Assembly (NCBI GenBank): GCA_030265395.1
Contig: JARFYF010000017.1
Span: 11,423,111 to 11,487,110, forward strand
From: Rhina ancylostomus
Taxonomy: Eukaryota
Direction of reading: 5' to 3'
DNA length: 64,000 nucleotides
Part shown: in pieces, positions 48,711-61,315 of the stretch
Numbering within the stretch: the stretch's first letter is position 1
How the letters are laid out: every line of letters starts with the position of its first letter
Position numbers and translations under genes: made by a program
Notes under the pieces: generated by a model
Told to the model about the DNA's origin: nothing
What the model saw: the letters and a program-made list of their open reading frames with translations, nothing else
Database searches by the model: none

Positions 48711-51700
48711 ATATGACTTCAATCAGTCTGAATGTCTGCAAATCGTCAATTGGTCCACGTGGAATTCTTTCCTTCTACTCCCGATACTACATCAAAACAA
48801 CTGCTAACATACATCTCAGAGATAAATGGCTTCATTTTCTTCAGGATATTCCGTCTTGTTCCCTGTAAAGATGAAATTTATCTTGTGATGCATTGGGCAC
48901 ACCCTAAAACATAATTTATTTAGTGTTTAATATCAGCACAGCAGTTCTGATGCAGAAAAAGACTATCAAAATGACCTTTAGCTATTATACACTGGAGGCC
49001 TGTCTTCTATTAAGTAGTTTCTCCTTCACTTATAACAGTTGTTTATGTCGTATTCTTTCCCTTCTCCTTTGTGGTCAGGTCAAACAGCAAGTTATTTACT
49101 AGAAGCGACTAGGCTGGGTATTGACTCTTTCTTTAAAAAAAAGAACAGATTATATTTCACCTGCAAATGACAAAGATATCACTTTCTTGCCTAGAGATAT
49201 AGCCTGTAATAGAGTTCAGAAAACCCATGACAGCTGTTCACTGCCATTCACACCTGAAAGACTCCGTGTTATGATGAAAATTAATGTTCTTTGACATCCT
49301 TTGAGACTTTCTCAGCTGTGGGAATAGCTAATGAAGAAATACAACCTTGCTCAAGTATTGCACATGTGGAAAAGTTCGGAGGTTTGTGTGTATGTACGGG
49401 GAAATGCATGGCTTTAATATCTTTCCCAATTGTGGCTACAGCAGTTGCCTTTAGATCCCGAAAATGAAGCGTTATTTTTGACAGAAATACAAACATCAAA
49501 TCTCAGCCTAATTGTTCATTAGAATATATGCAATTCATGTTGATATAGTTATACATATAAACAAAAAGGTGTGCAAAATAAGCTACATAAAAAAATGAAT
49601 ATGCATCTAATCATCAACAGAAAATAGCACATCTGGGATATTAAACATTTTTTAAAATAAAACTAACGGAGTGCAACAGGGAAACAGTTCTGATAATATT
49701 CTGCAATTATAATTGCTTAAGTTATCCAGTAGTGCAATTTAAACAGTTCCAATTGCAAACAGTTCCAAAAATGACAATGGAGTAGATAGAGTTCCCATGT
49801 GCAGAGTTGTTTTGCTTTCATTATTATTATATAATTTCTCTATATAGTTGGCTACAAAGGTTATTAAAAACACTGCATGGACAGTATTTTAAATTTTATC
49901 AAAATCAAGAGCTTAATGTAAGTAACCAGGCTAGACTTTTCATATATCCAACACGTCACCAGATTGCATAATGTCTATGTGTATTGAATGTTCAATCTGT
50001 TAGCTTGAGCACTAAACATTCTTTCAATGCAAAACAAAACGTAAATCTGAATTGCAGTTTAAAAGTAATACTTTCATCTGTTTTCTTCTTATAGCTTTTT
50101 CAACGACAAATTACTGAAGATCTGGACTTGAGGTTCAAACTCTTTAACAAGCACCTCAATACTGAAAGTGGAATCAGGATTATGCTTCCTTCTTACACAC
50201 AAAAAAGCAAAATGATATGGATAAGAGAAACTGAGAATGATAGAAATTGGAATCCTAANNNAGAGAATTCTGGAAGGACATGCACACCAGTGAGCCCAGA
50301 TGAAGGATTAAAGCATTAACCTACCTGTCCTTTCTCTTTAAGATGGCAACATGCCCACTGTGCACCCTTGGCACATTGTTTTTGCTTCAGATTCCAAAAA
50401 TCATCAGTTACAGAATATAGAGAGAAAATCTTAAACCATTGTAAATATGCACTGGCGCACTACTAAACATCAAATGCTCCAATTTTCTTGGCAAAATACA
50501 TTTGAAATAATTCCAGGAAATATCACCCAAAATTAAAAGGTTTTCTGTTAAATAGGTTGCATATTAACTGATAACAACACAAAGACAAGCTAGAAATGTT
50601 TGTCTTTTGGACTGAGGTACATCAGTCTATTGTATATTCAAAAAGTACCTAATAACTCTGTTTTAAATTCCTGTCTAATTGCAGACAGTAAATCATTTGA
50701 CACTGCACTAAAATAAACTCTGATGCATGTTTTAAAATAATCACTCCTGAGCAATTAGGTACTACATTTGTCAGTGTGAAAAATAGGTCTTAAATTACCA
50801 TATGCTGCATGGAAAGCACAGACTATGGAATATATAGCACACAATACATGCTCTTATATAATTATACACTCTGAAACACAGGAATTACTGCTAAAATTCC
50901 CCCTATGTTGTCCTCCCATCTTGACTGCATAGATGCTTATATGCATTTTAACCCAGAAATAGAGAAACCTGAGAAAAAAATACTGCTGCAACCATCTTAG
51001 CTTTGTTCACATGAAACTTGCAGTCCCTTCAAGATCACAGTAAAGCAAGATTGCAGCAGTCTTAACACTCAATGCTTTTGGCGTGAAGATGTAAAAAGAA
51101 CATCGCTGCACAATAATGCCCCTGGGAACAGTGTGACAATAGAAGCAGCTGGTTCGGCATTAAAATGTGTAGCAGGCCAATGACAGAACCTGGAGCTGGT
51201 GTCCCATCTAGTGGGGTGAAAGATTCCCCGACACAGCCAAAAGCACAAGGACTCTAGGGAGCTATGTGCTCACTGCATAAGAAAGACATAAATAATTAAT
51301 CATCAGAAGGGGTAAACAATGATCTTGTACACAGCCCAAGAGAGATCACAGTTAAGCCATCTTAAAAAAAACTGAAGTCAAATTCCAGAATGAATTTGGG
51401 GCCATGTTCAATAAATGCATCCAAGTCCCCACTCCACCACAGCCCTCCTCAAACCTGATGATCACCCACACCGCCTGGCTTTAACATCCTTCAGATGGAG
51501 TAAGTTCTCCTACTCTTAAGAGTGCAATTCACTCGTAAATTATAGATTTGATCTGACACAGCTTCAGACGCACAATGGAATCTGAGCATTAATTTATTGA
51601 ACTATATCACTCCTCCAAAATTCAATTATAGCTGCAAGACACTCAACTTCTTTTTGAAAATAATTAACAAAACTATGCCTCCAACAGTAGTAAAAATAAA

Positions 51701-51777
51701 TCAGTGAGTCACAATTTCACAGCTAAACTTGGCCTCTCCACTGGTGGTGTCTGTGGACCAAATCGCACCTACCTACA

Positions 51778-52235
51778 GAGTGATAGAGTAACATAGCACA
51801 GAAACAGACCCTTTAGCCCAACTAGTCCCATTTGCCAACATTTGGCCCATATCCCTCTGAACCTTTCCTATGCATGTGCCTATCCAAATACCTTTTAAAT
51901 GTTGTCATTGTACCTGCCTCAAGTACTTTCTCTGGCAGCTCATTTCATATATGCACCACCCTCTGCGTGAAGAAGTTGCCCCTCAGATCCCTTTTAAATC
52001 TTTCCCCTCTCCCATTAAACCTATGCCATCCAGTTTTTGATTCCCTTTCCTGTGCATTCACCTTTTCTGTGCCCCTCATGATTTTGTATACCTCTATAAG
52101 GTCACACCTCAGTCTACTGCGCTCCAAGGAATCAAGTCCTAGCCCAACCTCTCCCTGTAACTCAGGCCTTCAAGTCCTGGCAACATTCTCGTAAATCTTC
52201 TTTGCCCTCTTTCAAGATTAATGATGTCTTTTCCA
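51778..52235 (-). mobile_element. CR1 LINE 3' fragment
   Basis: ORFs LERGQRRFTRMLPGLEGLSYRERL and RLRCDLIEVYKIMRG...RGNFFTQRVV. Confidence 0.92.
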
Positions 52236-53869
52236 TGTTGACTGACAAAAGAAAAATACAAAACTAAATACAAACATTGCAAGATATTAAATGTATCAGT
52301 TAATCTGTTTGTTACATTGAACATCTTTCCTTCCAGTTTATTTTGCAGGGCAAGTTTGTAAAGGGGAATTTGAGAATAGATTTCCCTACTAGCTGTCAAG
52401 TTGGAGTTACTTTGGAAGGTCTAATGGAATTACATGTAATCGAAATTCAACTCCTATGCTCCAAAAATGTTTGCAGAAAGGGCCACGACTCTTACTTCAA
52501 TCTAATTCAATGTGTCGTATGAATAAAGTGAATTTTATTCCACCGTAATTTAGTCTATCTTAAAAAAAAGCTTCAGCAAAGGAAACCAGGTCTGAAATTT
52601 TAGTTGACATTCAGCATGAAGGAAAAAAAGAGATCTCACTTTGTGTAATAGATGTCTCATTGAACAGAATAAAAATCTTTCATCCAGGATTGAAAAGCCA
52701 CCCTATATTTGTGTCAAAACAGATTTCTCCCACCCACATTATTACTTGCTAAAGAAACCGCAGGAACTTGCTAATACATTAAGTCTGAGGGAACTTATTA
52801 AAGGCAGCTGAATAAATAAAGCCAACAAATTTTTCATACAAGATTAATCATATAAAGTAATATAAAATTTGTTGTACTTAATAACTATGTTCTATATTGC
52901 TTCTACCAAACTATCATTTTTCCCCACCAACATTAGAATCAGATGTTCAAAGTTACAAAAACAATTAAAACATTAAGCCTGCTTTTACACATCTAAAATC
53001 AAAAGGACACCAAAATTCACCAGCTCCCTAATCATTCAGAGGGGAGAAAAAACATAACGAAGCTTTCCTTGTAACGAAACTTGTCTGCAACTCTTGGTGA
53101 AATGTTCATTCAAATGTACTTACTGGCTCAGGTTCAGCAACAATCGCCTGCCCAAATCCTCCACCACTGTGGTTGAATATTTTGCTGGGGCTCAACATCT
53201 AGGCAGTAAGGGAGGTTTTCTTTTTGCAAAGAACCATTGACCTCTGGATTCATAGAGTGAATTCAGAGTTATTGCAAACATTCAGAAGGGAATGAAGCAA
53301 ATTCCTAGCGGTCTGGTATAGGAACACACATAGGACCCTCGGTCCCTCAAGACCACTCTGCAAATCTATTTGACCATGGCTGAAATGTACCCCATTTCTA
53401 TTTATCTGTTTTCCCCAGGTCCCTTGATACATTTACCCATCAAAAAACCATTGCTGTGAATCTAAAAATTTTTGTTTGATCTAACACGCTGGTGACCTTC
53501 TCAAAGAAATGTGCGCTAGCTTTCCCTTCACAATCCATGCTGACACCCTTTGATAAGATAATGTTTGTCCAAGTCCTCATTCACTATTTATAATCTGCCT
53601 ACAACGGATATTAAATCTTTCTCTTCATTTGCAAGGAATAGTGTGACAACTATAATTTTCAAATCTAACATCACAATTTGGAGAGCTTTGATGAATATGG
53701 TGCTGTTTATTTGGACGATGCCACTGCAAGGAGATATTTAGACTAAAAGGATAAGGACAGACTGGATAATAAGGTCCTACATTGGAGTAAAGCTGATGTC
53801 ATGATAAGAAAGGGCCCAGCAAAAGATGACCAGGAGCATCTAATTACAGTGAAGTCCACATGCAACCAG

Positions 53870-54470
53870 TGGTAATCATTCAACAACAAAATCGTGACAG
53901 TTCAGGGATGCCAAGCTCTGGGAAGGATGGATGGTAAAGCTAACAGGTCCAAGAAACCCTGGATGTCAAAGGATTTCAAAAGTTGATTAAAAAAAAAGCA
54001 GGTAGAGAGAACTAAAAACAAGGAGGGCCCTAGAGGAGTATAGAAAACATGGATGGGTACTTAAAAAAGTAACTAGGAAGGCGAAGAGGGGGTGACACCA
54101 ACCAACACTGGTGGACAAGGTTAAGGGAAATCCCAAAGTATATCATTAGCATATTAAGGGCAAGAGGGTAACAAGAAAAGAGCAAAGACATTAGGGACCA
54201 AAGTGGCCATCTGCACAAGGAGCCAGAGGACAGGAGTGAGTTCTTAAATGAATACTGTGTGTCTGTATTTACTATGGAGATGGATATTATAATTAGGTAG
54301 GAGGGAATGGAATTCTGGAACAAATTACCATTGATGTAGACAAGGTATTAGATGTTTCAGCGGGCTTAAAGGTGGATAAATCCCCAAGGCTTGATAAGAT
54401 GGCAAGGGAGGAGGCCGCTAAGATGCCGATAGAAATCATTAGATCTGCTCTCATGACAGAAGAGGAGGCA
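53870..54470 (+). mobile_element. CR1 ORF2 mid-region fragment
   Basis: aaaccctggatgtcaaagga; gttaagggaaatcccaaag; ttaaaggtggataaatcccca (KVDKSP). Confidence 0.7.
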
Positions 54471-55879
54471 GATGACTAGACGACAGCAAATTGCAGCATT
54501 ATCTATTCAGTTTCCCAAGATGTCACCTGGTGTACAGGTTCAAAACGCGAATGACCCCTCTCCAGGGCAACAATTCACTTCCTTCTGCAGCATCTCAGGC
54601 AGCAGACCCACCCATACCCTGCATGCAGCAAGTCCAGACGGCTCCATTGATTGGCCCTGGACAGCATTCTGAAGCTGCCCCATCATCACATGGGCCATCA
54701 AGGGCACCAAAGTGAAAGGGAGTAACCATCCAAGAGTGCGAGAGCCACCCCTGGAACATAACACTCAAACATTTAAACTGACCCAGGGGACTGTGAAACA
54801 GGAAGAACACTACAATGTGTAAGAGGTTTACAATTTTCCATTAGTCTATCATTTGATTTGACTTTATTGTTAAGTTTTCTCAATTCACTAAAATTGTTGA
54901 AATCCATTCTAATTTAGGACAAATACCTTACTTACTTGTGCAGAGACAAGTCAAATTGGTATGGGATCTGCAGCAAATGCTGCCATACCTCCTCTGGGAA
55001 AGCTGCTGATGTCACATGAACATGTTCAAGCTAAACCTTGATTTCAGTTGGATACTGAATGATGTTTTTCCCTTGAAAATTAAAACCTCACCTCAATGAC
55101 TGAATGATTGTGAAACATCTACACACAGCATAGCTGCCATGTTATTCTGGAAGAGATTGTGTACAACCTCACAACAAGGTTGATGACAAGCTACAGATTC
55201 TTATTCCCCTTTCTACTCTTGCAACACTTACCCAAGGCCACCTTTCAGGGACAGACTCCTGCAAGAGGCAGGGAAATACAATGGAGGCAGCATGGCAAGA
55301 TGAGACGGGTGAGTGTCAGTGAAAAATGATGATTTGTGCAAGAGAGATGAGTCTGTGTTGATCGTTTCCAAGTACTGTGATCCAAACGTTTCTAACATCG
55401 ACACTTCATCTGCTGCTGTGCTCCATTGTGTACCCTCAAATGGTCGATTAGTGCAACAGCAATAACATGAACCTCAACTGAAGTCTCATGAGAGATTTCT
55501 CAATGCTGAATAATTATGGACTTCATTGGCTTGAAACATGAACCCTCAGTGCATCACCCTACCCAATAAATGTCAATCTGATGAAAATGTTACGTGGATT
55601 ACTTTCAACCACAGTGACTCCGACACTGATTACTCACCATCAATGCTGAGCAGAACAACACAGAGTTCACAAGCTCAACCAATGATTAAATCTGCAGAGA
55701 GAGTCTGATTCAAGGCAAGTATATGTTCTGCAGAGATCATAGCAGTTTAGGCAACTGAATGAGCAATACGTACTTTTTCAGCAAGCCATTCATTGACGTC
55801 TTATACTCATTACAGGTAGACCTATGCGGCAGAATGGAAGGTTAATATGTAGCAAACAACAACTCCATGAAATTGAAAA

Positions 55880-56050
55880 GAAACTTGCAGATGCTGGAAA
55901 TCTAAAACTAAATCAGAAAATGCAGTAAAATCTTATCAGGTCAGTCAGCATCTGTGCAAAGAGAATCAATCAATGTTTTGGGTCTGTTCTGATGAAGGGT
56001 CACAGACCGGAAACGTTGGCTGTTCCTCTTTCCACAGATGCTGCCTGACC
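55880..56050. mobile_element. Penelope-like fold-back element with minimal hammerhead-like core
   Basis: 55939-55987 is the reverse complement of 56002-56050 (40/49 ungapped). CTGATGA..GGTC-aca-GACC..GAAAC GTT lies at 55989-56017. Confidence 0.75.
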
Positions 56051-56627
56051 AACAATGCCTCTACAGCTAATAGGTTTGTACTACAAAGAACCCCCAGACT
56101 GATGTAAGCAACAAAGACCCTTTGAGACCCTTGGCATTGTCCACAATGACTCTGTTACATGAATGTCTCTGTTGTAATTTGGTTCAACTGCTGTAATTGG
56201 AGAGCATACGGGTTTGAGTAGACATAGCAGGTAGCCCTTCTCCCCTGGAATCCACACCTGGTGGCCACTGAAAATGTTCAGCAGTTTGGACTTAGTTTGA
56301 AAACATGGCATGTTTCCATGAGGAAATTCTTTCTTGATCCACAACACAACTTGCATAGTGAGGTTGTGGATATCTTTCCTGTTCATGAAAAGCCCAAAGA
56401 ACCAAAGCCCCCTTGTTAGCTGTAGCACACTCAGAGGATTTTGGAAGATATCTGAGCAGCCTGCAGTCAGTTATGAAGTTGTCTTGTGAGGTCTCCTGAC
56501 GTCAGCTGAGCATTTCTCTAAATAGTGAGGAAAGCAACAAGTTAGCACCAGGGTATCGAATATGTGGAACTTTGTTATCCAATTGACATCTGTGTGAACA
56601 GAAGGAGCGGTTCGGGAATGGTGATAT

Positions 56628-56878
56628 TGTGGCGACTTACCTTTCACGAACCGGCTCCCAGGATCGCGAGCGTCATCGGAGGCCCCAACACAAGATGGTG
56701 CGGGGCATTCCTTCTTTGTTGGGCTAGTGGAGCCCGCGTGCGGGAAGGTCTTGTGACCTGCACGTGACGTCAGTGCGGGAACTGTGTTTATTAAAGGGGC
56801 AGCGCACTCCAGTCGTTCATTCGACTTGGACTCCAAACGAGTATCTCATGTCTTTATTCAGTGTAGCTAGTTGCTACA
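56628..56878 (+). mobile_element. Short LTR (251 bp), Gypsy-like
   Basis: TG...CA termini with imperfect inverted ends (TGTGGCGAC / GTTGCTACA), CpG-rich, CACGTGACGTCA and TATTAAA motifs; its 3' end recurs at 57980-58051. Orientation is inferred. Confidence 0.75.
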
Positions 56879-57979
56879 ACAGAAACATTTCCCTGAACCC
56901 TGGTGTTTTCATTTGACAATGAGGTTAAAATGGCACAGTCATTGCCATAGCCATTGACATTCTGTCAATAGCATAACCAATCTCTTTGCTGCTAACACCT
57001 TTCACTTTCACAAAAGAACTTCCACCAGAAGATTAGATCTGGATGAATAGTGATAACCCTGTTTCATTTTCCATTTCTAAATCGGGAACCATTATTACAA
57101 TTGCTGTAGACCCATTGTTTTCCTTGGTGAACTAAGCTGATTCATTGTAGGTATTGAATAGGGGATCTCCCTGGTCGACAAAACACAATGGCTTGGAAAT
57201 CTCATCACCAAACATAACATTTATGTGCTGTTTAATCTGAAGCAATCAGATATGTATTGCATCATTCATTCAGGGCACTCTTTTTTGTGCTTGGAGTAGT
57301 TTATTTTAAAAAATTCAAGCATGAGGACACATGCAATGTTATCCTATCCCATGCAACACATTTGGGCAGTTCTTTGTTAAATTCCATGTGGTGCTTACAT
57401 GGCCTGAAGATATGTGGAACCACTCAAGGAAAAGTAAACCTTAACAAGGAATGTGAGATCTGCTTCAGTGAAGCGTAAAGAGGTTTTAAGCTATGAAATG
57501 TGACATTTACCCTTGACCTGCGACTTAGCCAAGTTCCCGACTCACTCTGCAATGATAGAATGTACAAAGGAAATATTTTGCTGGAGATTTATCTAGATAA
57601 TATCTTCTACTATGTATGAATCTTTGGGCTTCATGCAGTGGAATTCTGCAGTGGGCTCTCACACAACACAAGCTAGCCGCCTTTATTTTGTCAGTTTATG
57701 CCTTTCCTGATGCGAAGAATTTTCCAGGCCAGCTACTGTCAACCTTACCTGACTGGCACTCAATTTGTAAAGAATAATGTTTTGATATGTTATTTATTTT
57801 TCCAATATGTTGGAGTCAGTGTGCCTTTTCTGTTTGTGTTCTGTAGGTTTAACCCTTGAATGAGACATTAAAGTAAAGCNNNNNNNNNNNNNNNNNNNNN
57901 NNNNNNNNNNNNNNNNNNNNNNNNNNNNNNNNNNNNNNNNNNNNNNNNNNNNNNNNNNNNNNNNNNNNNNNNNNNNNNN

Positions 57980-58051
57980 CCAGTCGTTCATTCGACTCTT
58001 GGACTCCAAACAAGTGTCTCGTGTCTTTATTCAGTGTAGCTAGCCGCTACA
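57980..58051 (+). mobile_element. 3' end of a second copy of the same LTR (starts at gap)
   Basis: ccagtcgttcattcgac...tctttattcagtgtagctagccgctaca, followed by ATAT. Confidence 0.8.
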
Positions 58052-58105
58052 ATATCATTAAAAGCTCAGGTTAACTAATGTGAATCATTTCTAGAAGTAT
58101 GCGAT

Positions 58106-58138
<33 letters not shown>
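58106..58138 (+). repeat. (GATA)8 microsatellite at a SINE tail remnant
   Basis: Eight GATA units directly followed by agtcacatgtacattgaaacacagtg (antisense SINE tail). Confidence 0.95.
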
Positions 58139-59649
58139 GAGTCACATGTACATTGAAACACAGTGTTTTTGCATTACTGAGATTGTGCTGGACCTAGAAA
58201 TGATCATTAGCACAATCTACTCCAGGCGAGGTCAAATTTGGATTGCACAGCACTGAAAACAAAAGCTGCAGGATCTCATTTTTAGATTTGTGTTTTCAAA
58301 GGCAAGCTCAAAAACTTCATTCCAAACATTTTTAATAAAATTAACTGCAGATTTCTTGTACCAAGAAAATCCACAATAGGGAGCAGTGGACACCAAGGAT
58401 ATACTGTTTGCAAGTAAGGCTTTCACAACTAATTATTCAAATCACAATGCAATTCTCTTTTGTGAATTATTAGGCAGCTGCCTGCAACTTTGCTCTACAC
58501 TGCTCTACGAACTGGATGTCTCCTGCAGCCACTGATTCTTCCACCAGGGTATTTACTGCATATTATTAAGCTCTAGGTTCCTTCAGTGAAATGCTTTAGT
58601 GTTCAGAGAATTATTACTGTCATAGCACGTGGCAATGTTGAGTGGAAAGCATTGCCTGGAGTCATACCAGCCACTGTACGCATGAACCTTTAACTTTAGA
58701 AGCCCACTGTGAATATTCAATTTAATAAGTCATTTTCCCCTTTATCCTTTTCTTAATAGGTCACAATAAATCCTGCAAAACATAATTATTTCTTTCAAAA
58801 TGTAGTTCCCATTTCATTTAGCTCTCTGACAGATACAGATACTTTATAGACTTTTTTAAAATTACAAGCTAAGATCGTATGTCACTTTATTGTACAGTGT
58901 ATTAAGAAAATTATTTTTATACTACACGTGTGAATAGAAGAGCAGTGGTTTATTTCTCTGTCAGGACCACTTTCAGACAAATGATTGTGCCATGTGTACT
59001 GTCCTTTAGGTATTACCCACAGAGCTGCTGTTTAATGTATGTAATTTTATTACATTATTTTAATGGGTCATAGTAACTCAATAACCTGTTGCACAGCATT
59101 TTTACTTCAAAATAATTCCTTATAGGAATATCAAGTAATACAATGAATGCTTAACTTCCCATGCCCTTGCCTATGCAGAAATGTATTACAATTGGACCAC
59201 ACAAAAGCAAGCCAGTTTAAGTGAATTATGCAACTGCTATAGTTGTGTACGTTTTTACTAAAACAAGAGTTTACAAATTCAAGTGTTCTTACAACTGTAA
59301 CTCGAAGCACTGCATCAGTGTACAGCGTTATTAACAGCATGAACTACAGTGAACATTAAAATATAATGCCTGTAGTTTTATACAAGGCATGTTACATTGC
59401 AGGGCTTACTGCAAGAGTGGACAGAAAAGAATAGCTTCAGTAATTAGCACAACCTGAGAGCAAACTCCGCTCAAAACTGCAACAGATGTGATCAGCAATC
59501 AGGGAGGGCACAAACTGCTCAAAATGGCAGTGTCTTTCCGAGGTGAAATTATTGTTCAGGTTTACACCTAATTCAACTTTGTACTGAAAATTTAAAATCT
59601 TCCATCAACATTTGAAATGTTTAAAAGAAATGGTTAAAATGTCTAAAAT

Positions 59650-59992
59650 TCTGAGAGGCATAGATAAGGCGGATGGTAACAGTCTTTTCCCCAGGTAGGG
59701 GAGTCCAAAACTAGGGACATAGAGTGAGAGGGGAAAGATTTAAAGCGATCCGAGGGGCAACTTTTTCCACAGAGAAGGTAATGAGTATATGGAACAAGTT
59801 GCCAGAGGAAGTGGTCGAGACAGGTACAATAGTATCATTTAAGAAGCACTTGATTAGGTACATGGAGGGTCAGGGCTTAGAGGGAAATGGGCTGAACGCA
59901 GGAACTTTGGACCAGCTGGATGGGCACCATGGTCGGCATGGATTGGTTGGGCCAAAGGACCTGTATCCATGCTGTATTGCTCTATGACTCTA
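59650..59992 (+). mobile_element. CR1 LINE 3' fragment
   Basis: ORF VMSIWNKLPEEVVETGTIVSFKKHL plus tail ctctatgactcta. Confidence 0.9.
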
Positions 59993-60269
59993 TTAACCAA
60001 TGGAAGCAGGCAGCACAGTTGAAGAAAGATATTTTGCTTTCCATCCAAAAAACTCCATTGATATACTTAAGAATGTAGTGTAGGGCTGTTTTTATTAGTG
60101 CTGTTGAAAGTGGGTTTAGAAGAAATAATAAGCATTTTTAGTAGGAGAATTTCACTTTAATGAGCCAGTTAACTGGCAGAACAGAAGTCAATTTTTCAAC
60201 AGAGCTCTTGTACTTAAATAACAAAATTAATATCTTGATGAAAGCTTGCAAACTCAAAATATTCCCTGC

Positions 60270-60326
60270 TTCTCTTTCCCCAGACGCTACCTGACCTGCT
60301 GAGAATTTCCAGCATTTTCTGTTTTT
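60270..60326 (+). mobile_element. Penelope-like terminal-repeat fragment
   Basis: cagacgctacctgacctgctgagaatttccagcattttctgttttt. Confidence 0.7.
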
Positions 60327-60949
60327 GCCAAGCTTCCTTAAAGGGTTGTATATTGCACAAAGTAGCATCAGCAATAATGGAAACTCAATTTACGTAAGTT
60401 GCACTTAAAATCCCTTGATTATTTACACTTGCTTAAAGATTTCAGATGAACTCCAAACCAAATGTTTAGTTTGGTCTAGCGTTCAGTTCAGGTCAGGAAA
60501 TCAGCTATCAACATACAAGCGTTGTGTGCTGTACCAGAGTGCATTACATTGAAAGATTGTTGTACAATGAAGGAGTTGTATTACAGTAACATCCTGATGA
60601 ACTATCCAGCCAAGAATTGGTCTACTTAGGTCATATGACAAACTCTGCTCAAGACTATGCTCAAAATTATTAGGCAATACAAACAAAATGTACATTATTT
60701 TTTAGTCGTGCAATGACAGCCCATTTAGATCTCGTATTCAGCAACAAGCTGAAACACAGAATAAATAGCCAAGTAGAGGTATTTAAAAGTTCTAATGTAT
60801 CTTATTCTTTGGCAAAAGATAGACTATATTTAGTGCACTGGTTATTAAAAATGTCATTCAGAAGAATTATAAGCTTCTGACATTGCACATGATGAGAGTT
60901 TTTGTGTATTTTGTTTTATTTCCCATCTAAAATCCAATTTTCTGGCTCC

Positions 60950-61315
60950 TCAGTGGCGCAATGCCTCCATGTTCAAATGTAGGTTCAAATCTAACTCCAG
61001 TTACTCAAGCACCAAATCAACGTCAGCATTCCAATGCAGCACTGAGGAAATACTACAACTTCAAAGGTATTGCCTTTCAGATGACAAGGTTAATCCAAGG
61101 CACTGTGTATCCTCTCAAACAGATGTCAAAGAGATCCTATGGCTTTCATCAAAGGATAGCAGATGCCCACAAAGTTTCTTTTTAATCGTAAACCCTTCAT
61201 CAATATTGGAAACTCTTTGTTACAACAGGTAAATATACTTCAGAATAATTTCATTTGAAAACTTTTGAGACGTCTTGAGTTAGTGGAAGGTACTGCATAA
61301 AAGAGTCTCTCTTTC
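60950..61315 (+). mobile_element. Deu-domain SINE, old
   Basis: ggttcaaatc head, tccaatgcagcactgagg...gcctttcagatga...ctctcaaacagatgtcaaagagatcctatggc, tail tttgagacgtcttgag. Confidence 0.6.

Noticed and set aside
56600-56880. CpG island as a host gene promoter, and ORF 56471-56836
   Set aside because: Better explained by a young LTR with TG..CA ends and a second copy nearby.
58232-58426. ORF with FELAFENTNL as possible WWOX exon 6
   Set aside because: Lacks the KVEAMTLDLA motif; similarity is superficial.
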